Source of the DNA: Deltaproteobacteria bacterium
GTDB lineage: Bacteria; Myxococcota; XYA12-FULL-58-9
Length of the DNA stretch: 64,000 nt
Direction: 5' to 3'
Assembly (NCBI GenBank): GCA_016218825.1
Contig: JACRCV010000056.1
Span: 160,416 to 224,415, forward strand
Position numbers and translations under genes: made by a program. How positions within the stretch are numbered: the stretch's first letter is position 1; every line of letters starts with the position of its first letter. A model generated the notes under the pieces. It saw only the letters and a list, made by a program, of their open reading frames with translations. It was not told the DNA's origin and ran no database searches. Shown here piece by piece: positions 8,267 to 17,933 of this stretch.

Positions 8267-10699
8267 TCACGCGGTTCGCGGCACGCCGAGAGCGCCGAGA
8301 AGCGCCAGCGCGATCTCTTTGCGCGAGCCGCTCGTGGTCTCGCCGCCGTCGACCACGACGCCCACCGTCGGCCCGACGCAGGCGGGGCAGCCGCCGTCAC
8401 AGGCGCAGCTCTCGATGATGGTGCGGGCACGCACCAAGAGCACGTCCTTCTCGACGAACAGCCGCTCGGCGAGGCCGACGCCCCCGGGGACGTGGTCGTA
8501 GAGGAACAGCGTCGGGTTGAACCCGGCGCCGCCGGCGTCCTTGTGCGCCGGAACGCCGTCCCCTTCGCCCTCCCCCAAGGTCCAGCCGAGGTCGCGGCCG
8601 TCGGTCATCAAGCCGACCGTCGCCACGGTGTGCAGCGCGTGGCCGATGCCGCGGATCGCGTCGATCACCGCCGGCCGGGGTGCCGCCTGGGCGGCGACCG
8701 CGCTCTCTGCCACCGTCAGCCAGAAGGCCGTGGTGTGCATTTGGATCTCGGGGAGCCGGACGTCGCCGTAACCGACGTTCTCGTGCGAGTGGAACTTGAT
8801 CTTCTTGTAGCCGACGACCTTCTCGACGACGCTGACGTCGCCGGCGCCGGCGCGGAGCGCCTCGGCGCACCACGGCAGCGGCGCGCGGTTGTCCTCCTTG
8901 ATGACCGCGACCTTGGTGTAGGTCATCGCGGTGGTGTAGTAGTCGGGCTCGACCTTGCGCACGTAGGCCTTGTGGTTGTCGAGGTCGAGCTTCTCCACCT
9001 GATACTGCTCGCCGTCCTGCTGGTAGATCGCCTGCTCGTGCAGCATCGTGTGGCTGCTCTTCCAATCGAGCTCGGCTATTGCGAGGTCGCGCTCGACGTC
9101 GATGATGACGATGTTGTCCCAACCGACGCTGCGCAGCGACACGTGGTTCGCGGGATAGCTCTCGGAGGACCAGTGGTACAACGCCTTGCCGGTCGTGGTC
9201 GCGGCGCGGTGCAAGAGCTCGTGCTCTGTGAGGTACTGCAACGCCGCGCTGACGTCGTCGGGCGACAAGTCGCGAAAGCCGTCGCCTTCGGCAAACGGCA
9301 GCTCGAACGCGGCGCACTTCAGGTGCTGCACCAGGATCTCGACGTTGTCCGGGTCGATGCGCGCCTGCTCGATGGCGGCGCCGACCAGGGTCGCGGGGAG
9401 GGTCGCGAAGTATTGGTCGAGGGGGGCGCTCGAGGCGACGAGCAGCGCCAGCGACCGCTCGCCGCGGCGGCCGCCGCGGCCGAAGCGCTGCCAGAGCGCC
9501 GCCATGCTCCCCGGATAGCCGGCGCAGACGACCGCGTCGAGCATGCCGATGTCGATGCCGAGCTCCAGGGCGTTGGTCGCGACCACGCAGCGGATAGCGC
9601 CGGCCCGAAGGCCGTTCTCGATGTCGCGCCTGGTGCCCGGCAGGTAGCCGCCCCGATACCCCTGGATGAGCGCCGGATCGATCGAGTCGGTGGCCGCCGC
9701 GTCGCGCAGGTACTTCAACATCACCTCGACGGTGCTGCGGCTCTGGGCGAACACCAAGGTCGGCACCTTGGCGCGGATCAGGTCGGTCACGAGGCGGACG
9801 GCGCTCTTGACGTAGCTGGCGCGAATGCCGAGCTCGCGGTTGACGATCGGCGGGTTGTAGACCAACACCTGGCGCTCGCCCTGCGGCGCGCCGCTCTCGC
9901 ATATCAACAGCGCCTCGCGGCCGATCAGCCGTGCCGCGTGCTCCCGGGGGTTGCCGACGGTCGCCGAGGCCATCAAGAACACCGGCGCCGAGCCGTGGAA
10001 CGCCGCGACCCGCGACAGGCGCCGCAACAGGTTCGCGAGGTGCGAGCCGAGGACGCCGCGGTAGGTGTGCAGCTCGTCGATCACCACGTAGCGCAGGTTC
10101 GCGAACAGCCGCGCCCAGGCGGTGTGGTGCGGCAGGATGCCGGTGTGCAGCATGTCGGGGTTGGTGAGGAGCACGGCGCACTTCTCCCGCGCCGCGCGGC
10201 GGGCGTCGCCGGGGGTGTCGCCGTCATAGGTGATCGCGCCTTGGTCGAGCCCGGCGTCGGCCAAGAGCGCCCGCAGGCTCACCTCTTGGTCCCGGGACAG
10301 CGCCTTGGTCGGAAACAGGTAGAGCGCCCGGGCGTTCGGATCTTCGGCGAGCGCCTGCAGCACCGGCAGGTGGTAGCACAGGCTCTTGCCCGACGCGGTC
10401 GGGGTCGCGATCACCAGATCGCGTCCGGCCACGGCCGCCCGATAGGCGCGCGCCTGATGCGAGAACAAGCGCTCGATGCCGCGCCTCGCCAACGCGCCGA
10501 CGAGCGCGGCGCTCACCCCCTCGGGGATCGGATCGAGCACCGCCGGCGTCGCGGACAGCGCCAGGTCCAGCACCAGGTTGCCTTTCACCTTCGGCGTGTT
10601 GCGCCAGTCACGAAGCACCGCGTCGACCCCGTGCGCCCCGGCCCACGGTGTCGGTCGCGGCCGCTCGAAGCCCCACTCACCCGCTCTGTCGTCCGTCAT
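8267..10699 (-). CDS. mrfA: MrfA/YprA (Hrq1/SftH-type) SF2 helicase with C-terminal DUF1998 zinc site
   Basis: TPTASGKS, FPTKALSRDQ, IDELH, SATVGNP, TNALELGIDIG, QRFGRGGR; C-terminal FLYD..PGG and CACDGGCPAC. Confidence 0.9.
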   Translation of the reverse strand: MTDDRAGEWGFERPRPTPWAGAHGVDAVLRDWRNTPKVKGNLVLDLALSATPAVLDPIPEGVSAALVGALARRGIERLFSHQARAYRAAVAGRDLVIATPTASGKSLCYHLPVLQALAEDPNARALYLFPTKALSRDQEVSLRALLADAGLDQGAITYDGDTPGDARRAAREKCAVLLTNPDMLHTGILPHHTAWARLFANLRYVVIDELHTYRGVLGSHLANLLRRLSRVAAFHGSAPVFLMASATVGNPREHAARLIGREALLICESGAPQGERQVLVYNPPIVNRELGIRASYVKSAVRLVTDLIRAKVPTLVFAQSRSTVEVMLKYLRDAAATDSIDPALIQGYRGGYLPGTRRDIENGLRAGAIRCVVATNALELGIDIGMLDAVVCAGYPGSMAALWQRFGRGGRRGERSLALLVASSAPLDQYFATLPATLVGAAIEQARIDPDNVEILVQHLKCAAFELPFAEGDGFRDLSPDDVSAALQYLTEHELLHRAATTTGKALYHWSSESYPANHVSLRSVGWDNIVIIDVERDLAIAELDWKSSHTMLHEQAIYQQDGEQYQVEKLDLDNHKAYVRKVEPDYYTTAMTYTKVAVIKEDNRAPLPWCAEALRAGAGDVSVVEKVVGYKKIKFHSHENVGYGDVRLPEIQMHTTAFWLTVAESAVAAQAAPRPAVIDAIRGIGHALHTVATVGLMTDGRDLGWTLGEGEGDGVPAHKDAGGAGFNPTLFLYDHVPGGVGLAERLFVEKDVLLVRARTIIESCACDGGCPACVGPTVGVVVDGGETTSGSRKEIALALLGALGVPRTA

Positions 10700-10706
10700 G
10701 CGCGCC

Positions 10707-10736
10707 ACTGTACGGATGTACACCTGCCCTTGGCAA
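10707..10736 (-). promoter_or_regulatory. mrfA promoter (TTGCCA-18-TACAGT) overlapped by LexA-box-like site (10708-10723)
   Basis: + strand CTGTACGGATGTACAC matches the imuA box at 13 of 16 positions; the -10 hexamer lies 7 nt from the ATG. Confidence 0.65.
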
Positions 10737-10752
10737 GTCTCTTCGTGACGCC

Positions 10753-11226
10753 TCAGCCGGAGCCGGCGCGGCGCGGGGTCTCGAGATCGGCCGAGTCGAT
10801 GACCAGGGTCACCGGACCGTCGTTCGTGAGCTCCACCTGCATCATCGCGCCAAACTCGCCCTCGAAGACCGGGACACCGGTGCCGCGCAGCACGGCGCTG
10901 AAATGCGCGCACAGGCTGCGGGCGCGGTCCGGGGCCTCGGCGTCGCCGAAGTACGGTCGCCGGCCGCGGCGGACGTCGGCGAACAGCGTGAACTGACTCA
11001 CCACCAAGATCGCCCCACCGATCTCGGCGAGCCCGAGGTTCGTCCGCCCGGCGTCGTCGGCAAACAGCCGCAGGCTGACGAGCTTCTCGGCGAGCGCCTT
11101 GGCGCGCGCCTCGTCGTCGCCCTTGGCGACGCCGAGCAGCACCAACAGGCCGCGCTCGATCGCCGCGACGACCCGCGCCTCGACGAGGACCCGCGCCTGA
11201 CTCACCCGCTGCACGACCGCGCGCAT
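10753..11226 (-). CDS. dtd: D-aminoacyl-tRNA deacylase
   Basis: MRAVVQRV start, LVVSQFTL, GEFGAMMQVELTNDGPVT. Confidence 0.95.
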   Translation of the reverse strand: MRAVVQRVSQARVLVEARVVAAIERGLLVLLGVAKGDDEARAKALAEKLVSLRLFADDAGRTNLGLAEIGGAILVVSQFTLFADVRRGRRPYFGDAEAPDRARSLCAHFSAVLRGTGVPVFEGEFGAMMQVELTNDGPVTLVIDSADLETPRRAGSG

Positions 11227-11338
11227 CTCGCCCTCCGGCTCCGGTCGCCTCGAGCCAACCAGCTTTGGCCACCGCCGGCAAGCGCCTCGGCTTGCAATCG
11301 TCAGGCGCAGTCGGTATCGAAAGCTCGAGAGGTCACCC

Positions 11339-12328
11339 GTGTCGTCGCGCCGCCTCGCACCATGGCTCGTCATCGTCGTCGGGGTCGTCCTCGCCGCGAG
11401 CGGCTGCGCGGCGCTCGAGGAGATGTGGGCGAGCATCGCCGGCCCGCCGCCGCAGGGAGACGCGCAGCGGGAGGTCACCGACAGTGAACGGCGCGCGCCG
11501 ATCCTGCTGTTGCACGGCATGGCGGGCTTCGACGCCGTCATCGGCGTCGAGTACTTCTACAAGGTCCCGGAGGCGCTCACCACCGACGGCCACGCGGTCG
11601 TCGCCGCCGTCGTCGATCCCTTCAACTCCGTCGCCCGCCGCGCCGAGCAGGTGGCGACGCAGCTCGACAAGGTCCTGCTCGCCACCGGCGCCAGAGGCGC
11701 GCACCTGATCGCCCACAGTCAGGGCGGCTTGGACGCGCGCTACCTCATCTCGACCTTGGGCTACGGTGACCGGGTGTTGTCCTTGACCACGATCGCGACG
11801 CCGCACCACGGCACGCTGATCGCCGACGCCGCGCTCGGCTGGGTGCCGAACCTCCCGGCCGAGGCCGACTACGCGTTCGCGCTCATCGACAAGCTCGGGC
11901 ACGGCGTCACCGGCACCGACGTGGATCTGCAGGCGCAGCTCTGGGGTCTGACAAGACGCTATGTCGAAGGGACCTTCAACCCGCAGAACCCCGACGATCC
12001 GCGGGTGCGCTACTACTCCTACGCCGGGGTCACGCAGGCCTGGCCCTTCGTGGATCGCGAGACCGTCGACATCGTCAACCCGGGGCTGCTCGCCTCCTAC
12101 CTCACGCTCAAGGCGCTCGAGGGCGAAAACGACGGGATGGTGTCGGTCAAGAGCGCCCGCTGGGGGGCCTTCCTCGGCGTGCTCGCCGCCGACCACATGG
12201 ACGAGGTCGGCCAACCGATGGGCGCCACCAGCAAGGCCTTCGACCACCTGGCCTTCTATCGCGCGCTGTCGCGCTTCGTGACCGGCGAGGGTCCGGCGCC
12301 GCGGCTCAGGAACCTCAAGGCGCCGTGA
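11339..12328 (+). CDS. Triacylglycerol lipase, alpha/beta hydrolase (probable lipoprotein)
   Basis: PILLLHGMAG oxyanion, AHSQGGL nucleophile elbow, TIATPHHGT, ENDGMV, DHMDEVGQ; lipobox-like AASGC. Confidence 0.88.
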   Translation: MSSRRLAPWLVIVVGVVLAASGCAALEEMWASIAGPPPQGDAQREVTDSERRAPILLLHGMAGFDAVIGVEYFYKVPEALTTDGHAVVAAVVDPFNSVARRAEQVATQLDKVLLATGARGAHLIAHSQGGLDARYLISTLGYGDRVLSLTTIATPHHGTLIADAALGWVPNLPAEADYAFALIDKLGHGVTGTDVDLQAQLWGLTRRYVEGTFNPQNPDDPRVRYYSYAGVTQAWPFVDRETVDIVNPGLLASYLTLKALEGENDGMVSVKSARWGAFLGVLAADHMDEVGQPMGATSKAFDHLAFYRALSRFVTGEGPAPRLRNLKAP

Positions 12329-14543
12329 CCGTGAGACTGCCGGCCTCTGCCGGCGCGTACTGCTGCAGGTTCATCGCGCCGTCGGCGTCGCAGCACAGCC
12401 AGGTGGTGCCGCCGTCCATCGAGAAGCGCCACGCCCAGTCGTAGGTGCCGGGGACGTCGGGCGCCACCAGGATCGCCAGGTGCTCGTCGTTGACGCTCGA
12501 TGCCGGCCAGAGGTTGAAGACCCCCGAAGCACCCCAGCTCCAGTCGCCGGCGGTCGGCATCGAGGCGGGCGGGCCGTAGCCCACCTGCGACAACGGCGTC
12601 GGGCCGGCGCCCGCGGGCCCGGTCAGATCGACGCTGCCGGCGCGGCTCGCGAGCGCCGCGTGCACCTGTCCGTAGACGACCGCGGCCTCGCCCCGCCCGA
12701 GCGTCAGATCCTTGGACGGTGCCGGCAGCAACCGGCACCAATCGACGACGGCGCCGGCAGCCGGCGTGACGACGTCCAGGTTGAGCGCCAGCGACGCCTG
12801 GTAGGGATCGCCGTTCACCGCGCTGCCGCTGGTGTCGGCGATGAGCCACGGCCCGCCGTTCAGGCGCGCGCGCGCCGCCAGGTCATAGGGGTTGGCGATC
12901 ACGGGCGCGACCCCGCGCCAATCGTATTGATCGTCGGCCTGCACGCCGCCGCCGTCCACGTCACGAGCGTATTGCGCCGCGCTGTAGCTCCACGCCACCG
13001 TGCTCGGATCAGCACCCCGCGGGCCGACGCCCACCTGCACCTCGATGCCCGCGCCCTGACCGCCGCCCGGCGTCGAGCCGGCCTCGTAGATCTGCACCCG
13101 CGCCCCGATCGGCGCGCCGGGGCTGACGCGCGCCGCGTCCGGCGGCGTCACGATCCGCACCCAGTCGACCACCGGGGCGCTCACCAGGGCGTCGCCGAGC
13201 TTCGCGGGGTCGAACGTCATCGTGACCTCGTCGGTGTCGAGCCAGAGCCAGTGGGCGCCGGCGTCGAGGCTGGCGCGCGCCGCGTAGGCGTAGTGCCCGG
13301 CCGCGAGCGCCGGCAGCGCGACGACGTAGACGTCGTTGCTCGTCGCTTGGGCGTCACGCGCGTAGCCGGCGGCCTCGAGCTGCCAACCGCCGGCGTCGAT
13401 CGTCGGATCGGTCGCAGGTGGTCCGACGCCTACCTGCACCTCGATCCCCGGCCCTTGACCCGCGGCATCGGTGACCCCGGCCTTGTAGATCTCGATCTCG
13501 ATCTCCGGCCGCGCGCCCCCGGTCTCGAAGGCGACGGCGGGCGGGCGGAGCACACCCCAGTCGACGAGGTCGGTGACCACCGCGACCGTGAGCTTGCCGG
13601 CCTGGGCGGCCGTGTAACCCGAGAGCGCCGATCCGTCGCGATCGCAAAGCAGCCAGGCGCCGCCGCTCGCGAGCTTGAAACGCGCCGCGAAGTCATAGGG
13701 GCCGAGGACACCCGGCGCGACGAAGGTGGCGGCGAAGACATCGTTGTTGCCGTCGTCGCGGCCGAAGGAGAGCGGGCTCCAGGTCCAGCTGAGCTCGTCG
13801 GGGGTGCTGTCCCTCGGACCCACGCCGAGCTCGCCCACGAGGCTCGTCGGCGCACCACCGTCGGTGACCCCGGCCTCGTAAACGCTGGCCGCGGTCGCGA
13901 CCGACGCAGCGCCCGGAGCCAACGTCTGGGCCGGCGGCCCCTCCAGCCGACACCAATCGACCGCCGGCACCGGGGGCGGCGTGACCGTCAACGTGCCGCT
14001 GTCGGCGATCGCAAAGCCGTCACTCGTCCCAGCCCCGAGGTCGGCGTAGACCCACGGACCCGAGTAGAGCGCGAAGCGAAACGCGTAGCGGTAGGTGCCC
14101 GGCACCGCCGGCAAGGTCAGCGTGAGCTGGTACTCGTCGTTGGCGCCGTTGTCGACGTCGACGTTGAAGGCGGCGGGGGCCCACGCCCAGGCCGCGACCG
14201 GATCCGCCGCGCTGCCGAGCCCGCCTTCGGCCGTCACCCCCTGACCCCGGCCGGCGCCGTCGGTGATCCCTTGCTTGAAGACCCGGCCGTAGATGACGAC
14301 GGTGCTCTGGGTCTCGCCGCTGTGGCTCTCGGGGTGCTGCAATCGGGCCCACTCGATGCTCGGCACCACGACGGCATCGCCCGCGGCGCCCGAGTCGCCG
14401 GCGCGCCCGTCACCGTGCGGCCCCGGATCGGTCCCGGCGTCGAAGTCTCCGGGTTGAACCTTGACCGGCGGCGAATGGTCGCCGCTGCAACTCCACGCGA
14501 GCGCGACCACGACCACGAGGGCCCACGAGCCACGGCCTGACAT
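12315..14543 (-). CDS. Large lipoprotein built from five ~130-aa beta-rich repeats, function unknown
   Basis: ATG 14543 after AAGGAGG; lipobox LAWSC; five units starting (I/V)(D/E)W with Y..G.T, G.GP, ND.Y and Y..A.R motifs. Confidence 0.8.
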   Translation of the reverse strand: MSGRGSWALVVVVALAWSCSGDHSPPVKVQPGDFDAGTDPGPHGDGRAGDSGAAGDAVVVPSIEWARLQHPESHSGETQSTVVIYGRVFKQGITDGAGRGQGVTAEGGLGSAADPVAAWAWAPAAFNVDVDNGANDEYQLTLTLPAVPGTYRYAFRFALYSGPWVYADLGAGTSDGFAIADSGTLTVTPPPVPAVDWCRLEGPPAQTLAPGAASVATAASVYEAGVTDGGAPTSLVGELGVGPRDSTPDELSWTWSPLSFGRDDGNNDVFAATFVAPGVLGPYDFAARFKLASGGAWLLCDRDGSALSGYTAAQAGKLTVAVVTDLVDWGVLRPPAVAFETGGARPEIEIEIYKAGVTDAAGQGPGIEVQVGVGPPATDPTIDAGGWQLEAAGYARDAQATSNDVYVVALPALAAGHYAYAARASLDAGAHWLWLDTDEVTMTFDPAKLGDALVSAPVVDWVRIVTPPDAARVSPGAPIGARVQIYEAGSTPGGGQGAGIEVQVGVGPRGADPSTVAWSYSAAQYARDVDGGGVQADDQYDWRGVAPVIANPYDLAARARLNGGPWLIADTSGSAVNGDPYQASLALNLDVVTPAAGAVVDWCRLLPAPSKDLTLGRGEAAVVYGQVHAALASRAGSVDLTGPAGAGPTPLSQVGYGPPASMPTAGDWSWGASGVFNLWPASSVNDEHLAILVAPDVPGTYDWAWRFSMDGGTTWLCCDADGAMNLQQYAPAEAGSLTVTAP

Positions 14544-14651
14544 CGCGCACCTCCTTGCCCGGGCGCCGCCCTGGGCCGCCGGGGGTCGCCACCCTATCAC
14601 CAAAGCCTGCCGATGGCTCGCGGCCGGGATCTTCCCTATACTCACCCCGGC

Positions 14652-16805
14652 ATGCCGCCCGCCGATGGCCAACCGCTCAGCCGCATCCTCCGTGGCCAAC
14701 CGCTCCCGGCCGGGACCGCGATCGCCTGGGGCCTCAAGCTGGCGCAAACGTTGGCGCTCATCCACGACCACAGCAAGCTGCACCGCGACGTGCAGCCCTC
14801 GAACATCGTGATCGGCCGCGACGGCTCGATCCACCTCTTGGCCTCGAGCGTCGCCTCGGTCTCCGAGAGCCTCGAGGCCCCGACTCCGAGCGACGCCGGC
14901 GCCGCCCGCGCCGCCTGGCATCCGGCGGTCGACACCCCGGTCTTGATGGGGGCGCCGCCCTACATGAGCCCGGAGCAGGTCCAGGGCGAGCCGCTCGACG
15001 CGCGCAGCGACGTGTTCTCGCTCGGCGTCGTGCTCTACGAGATGACCACCGGCAAGCGCCCGTTCTCCGGCGCCACCAGCGCCGAGATCTTTCGCGACAT
15101 CGCCCGCGCCCAGCCGATCCCGCCGGCCGCGCTCGCGCCCGGGATCCCGCCGTCTTTGGAGCGGGTGATCCAGAGAGCGCTGGCGCCTGCCCGCCACGAC
15201 CGCTTCCAGGACGCCGGCGAGATGGCGCACGCTCTCGAGGAGTGCGCTCGCGCCCAAGAAGGCACGCCGTCGACGCAGCGCGGCCGCCGCCTCGGCGACC
15301 GCCCGCAACCGCCCGGCAAGCGCGCGCGATCGACGTTGCTCGCGACCGCGATCGGCGTCGCCGTCGCCGTCGCCGTCGTTCTGGCGGTCGTGATCTTTGG
15401 ACTCACGATCCTCGAGCCCGGCGCTGACGCGATGACGGTCATGCTCTTCCCCATCGAGGTGCGGCACGAATCGGCGGGCGCCGACCTGCTGGGCCGGTCG
15501 CTCGCCGAGGCGATCGCCGTCAACCTGGCGGAGGCTCGCCAGCTCCGGATCCTGCCGGTGCCGCAGGCCTCCGAGATCGAGGGGGTCGGAGCCCTGGGCC
15601 GCGCGGCGACCGCCCGCCGCCTCACCGCGGGGCGCTTGGTGTCGGGCGCGGTGACCCGGGAGCGCGGCAACGTTCACCTGACGCTGAGCCTGGTTCACAC
15701 CGTCGAGAACCGCATCCTCTGGGGAACGCAGATGGACGGCAGCGACGACGATCTGCCGGCGCTCACCGCCGCCGCCGCCCGCGCCGTCGCCCGCGAGCTC
15801 GGCGCGACCTTCCCGAAGCTGTACGACTACGTCGCCAACCTCTCCGGCGGACCGACCATGGCGGCGTCACCGGCGACCAGCGTCGCCCTGGGGGCGCTGC
15901 GCCGCGGCGAAATCCCGCCGCTGCTCCAAGCGACCGCGACCCTCGTCTCGACCTTCCCCGAGGAGGCCGACGCCCTGGCGCTCCGGGCGCACGCGCTCTT
16001 GCTCTCCTATGACGCCGACCGCCGCACCGCGAACCGCGACGCGCTCGAGGCCGCGCTCGCGGCGCTCGACGCCGTCGATCCCAAGAACCCCTACACCGCG
16101 TTCTACCGCGCCTACCTCTTCGCCCACGACAACCGGCCCGCCGACGCCATCAACCGCTACGCGGCGCTGCTCGGACGCGCCGACCTGACACCCGCGGCGC
16201 GGGCCTGGATCCTGCGCTATCGGGCGCTGGCGCGCACCAGCGTCGAGGGCCAGGCGGCGGCGCTCGAAGATCTGGAGACCGCGCTGCACCTCGACCCGGC
16301 GAGCGCTCGCACCTTCAACATCATGAGCGAGACCTTGCGCACCAACGGCCGCATCGAGGAGGCCGCGGTCCGCGCCCGCCAGGCGGTGGCGCTGATGCCG
16401 TCGTTCTGGCGCAACCATCAGAGCCTCGGCCTGGCGCTGTCGCGCCTCGGGCGCTGGAACGAGGCTGAAGAGGCCTTCGCCGCCGCCTGCGAGCTCGGGG
16501 ACGCGCAGGCGCCCTGCGCCCTGTTGGCGCTGGCGCTGTTTCGCACCGGCAACAAGACCCGGGCGCAGGAGGTCGCACAGCGCGCCGCGAAGCTCACCGA
16601 GGAGCCGACCGGGGCCTACAACCTCGCCTGCTACCACGCGCTCGCCGGCGACCGCGAGGCGGCGCTGCGCCTGCTGCGCCGCGCCAACGCCCTCGGCTTC
16701 GTCGATCCGAGCGCCGGCCAGGATCCGGATCTGGAGAACCTGCGCGCGATCCCGGAGTTCGCCGCGGTGCTCCGGCAGATCGAGGGCAAGACCCCGGCGC
16801 GCTGA
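14652..16805 (+). CDS. Degenerate Ser/Thr kinase C-lobe + TM helix + TolB-N-like + TPR protein
   Basis: HRDVQPSN, GAPPYMSPEQ, DARSDVFSLG; TM segment; TPR repeats ending YNLACYHAL...DPDLENLR; TATACT 9 nt upstream of ATG 14652. Confidence 0.8.
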   Translation: MPPADGQPLSRILRGQPLPAGTAIAWGLKLAQTLALIHDHSKLHRDVQPSNIVIGRDGSIHLLASSVASVSESLEAPTPSDAGAARAAWHPAVDTPVLMGAPPYMSPEQVQGEPLDARSDVFSLGVVLYEMTTGKRPFSGATSAEIFRDIARAQPIPPAALAPGIPPSLERVIQRALAPARHDRFQDAGEMAHALEECARAQEGTPSTQRGRRLGDRPQPPGKRARSTLLATAIGVAVAVAVVLAVVIFGLTILEPGADAMTVMLFPIEVRHESAGADLLGRSLAEAIAVNLAEARQLRILPVPQASEIEGVGALGRAATARRLTAGRLVSGAVTRERGNVHLTLSLVHTVENRILWGTQMDGSDDDLPALTAAAARAVARELGATFPKLYDYVANLSGGPTMAASPATSVALGALRRGEIPPLLQATATLVSTFPEEADALALRAHALLLSYDADRRTANRDALEAALAALDAVDPKNPYTAFYRAYLFAHDNRPADAINRYAALLGRADLTPAARAWILRYRALARTSVEGQAAALEDLETALHLDPASARTFNIMSETLRTNGRIEEAAVRARQAVALMPSFWRNHQSLGLALSRLGRWNEAEEAFAAACELGDAQAPCALLALALFRTGNKTRAQEVAQRAAKLTEEPTGAYNLACYHALAGDREAALRLLRRANALGFVDPSAGQDPDLENLRAIPEFAAVLRQIEGKTPAR

Positions 16806-16898
16806 CACCCCTCCGGAACGCGGCCCCGACCCGCCCTTGCGGCTGTGGCGCTCGTCGGCCAGTCATGGTACATGATGCCGCGAGCTCGAGCGGCGTAG

Positions 16899-17189
<291 letters not shown>

Positions 17190-17270
17190 GGCTTCGCACC
17201 GCCTCTAGGACGACCACCCTCCGCATTTGCGTCGGGCCGCGTGGGATCCACCTGGCCTTCGTAGTCGAGT

Positions 17271-17903
17271 CTAGCCCTCGTACTGGGCGCGCTCGGTCTC
17301 GAGCAGCGCCACGTGGTCCTCTTCCTCGGCCGCGAGCTCGAGGTAGACGTCGCGCTCCGGCCCGACCGGCAGCGCCGCGGCTCGCGCCTTGAAGTGATCC
17401 CGGGTGCGGCGCTCCATCGCGATCGCCTTGTCGTAGACCTGGGTCACGTGGCCGGCGGCGTTCTTGAAGTCGATCCCCTCGAAGATCCACGTGGCCATGA
17501 TCTCGTCCTTCGCGGCCGACGGATTCTTGGCGTCGCTCTCGAGGTGGAGGTGGTACTTGGACTCGAGCTCGCTCAGGTGATCCTGCTCTTTGCCGAACAT
17601 GTCGACCAGCACCTCCTTGAGCTCGGCGTCCGCGGTCTTGGCGGCGGCAAGGCGGTAGAAGTGATACATGTCGAGCTCGTACTGCACCGCCTCGTTGACG
17701 GCCTTGATCTGCTCGGCGCCGGCGCCGGAGTAGCCCTTGACCACCTCGTTCTGGCCGCCGCACAGGTAGCAGCGGCCGTAGGGCACCGCGAAGCCGGTCG
17801 AGAGCTTGCCGCACGCCTTGCACTTCCAGGTGTACTTGACGTCGGCGCAGCAGATGGTGTCGTCATCCAATAGCTGGTGACACTTGGGACAGGAGGAAGC
17901 CAC
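17271..17903 (-). CDS. Rubrerythrin/ferritin-like di-iron protein with N-terminal 8-Cys zinc-ribbon region
   Basis: N-terminal CPKC, CC, CKAC, CYLC; ferritin-like E...EQDH and E...EEDH helices; GTG start after GAAAGGA. Confidence 0.8.
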   Translation of the reverse strand: MASSCPKCHQLLDDDTICCADVKYTWKCKACGKLSTGFAVPYGRCYLCGGQNEVVKGYSGAGAEQIKAVNEAVQYELDMYHFYRLAAAKTADAELKEVLVDMFGKEQDHLSELESKYHLHLESDAKNPSAAKDEIMATWIFEGIDFKNAAGHVTQVYDKAIAMERRTRDHFKARAAALPVGPERDVYLELAAEEEDHVALLETERAQYEG

Positions 17904-17933
17904 GATCGCAGTCCTTTCGCGAGAGTTTCCGAC

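Noticed and set aside
6920-10699. DUF1998 helicase as an anti-phage system (DISARM/Druantia type)
   Set aside because: Single-chain helicase paired with a YprB nuclease and a LexA-like box, with no methylase or other defence genes; fits MrfAB repair.
7058-10996. 1312-aa + strand ORF, and similar long ORFs (17877..20534, 21404..23839, 44111..47197, 56563..59526)
   Set aside because: Antisense shadows of well-supported genes; stop-poor frames are expected at this GC content and they show no protein motifs.
14544-15698. N-terminal extension of ORF 12315..15698
   Set aside because: Antisense to the pseudokinase; a strong RBS and lipobox mark ATG 14543 as the start.
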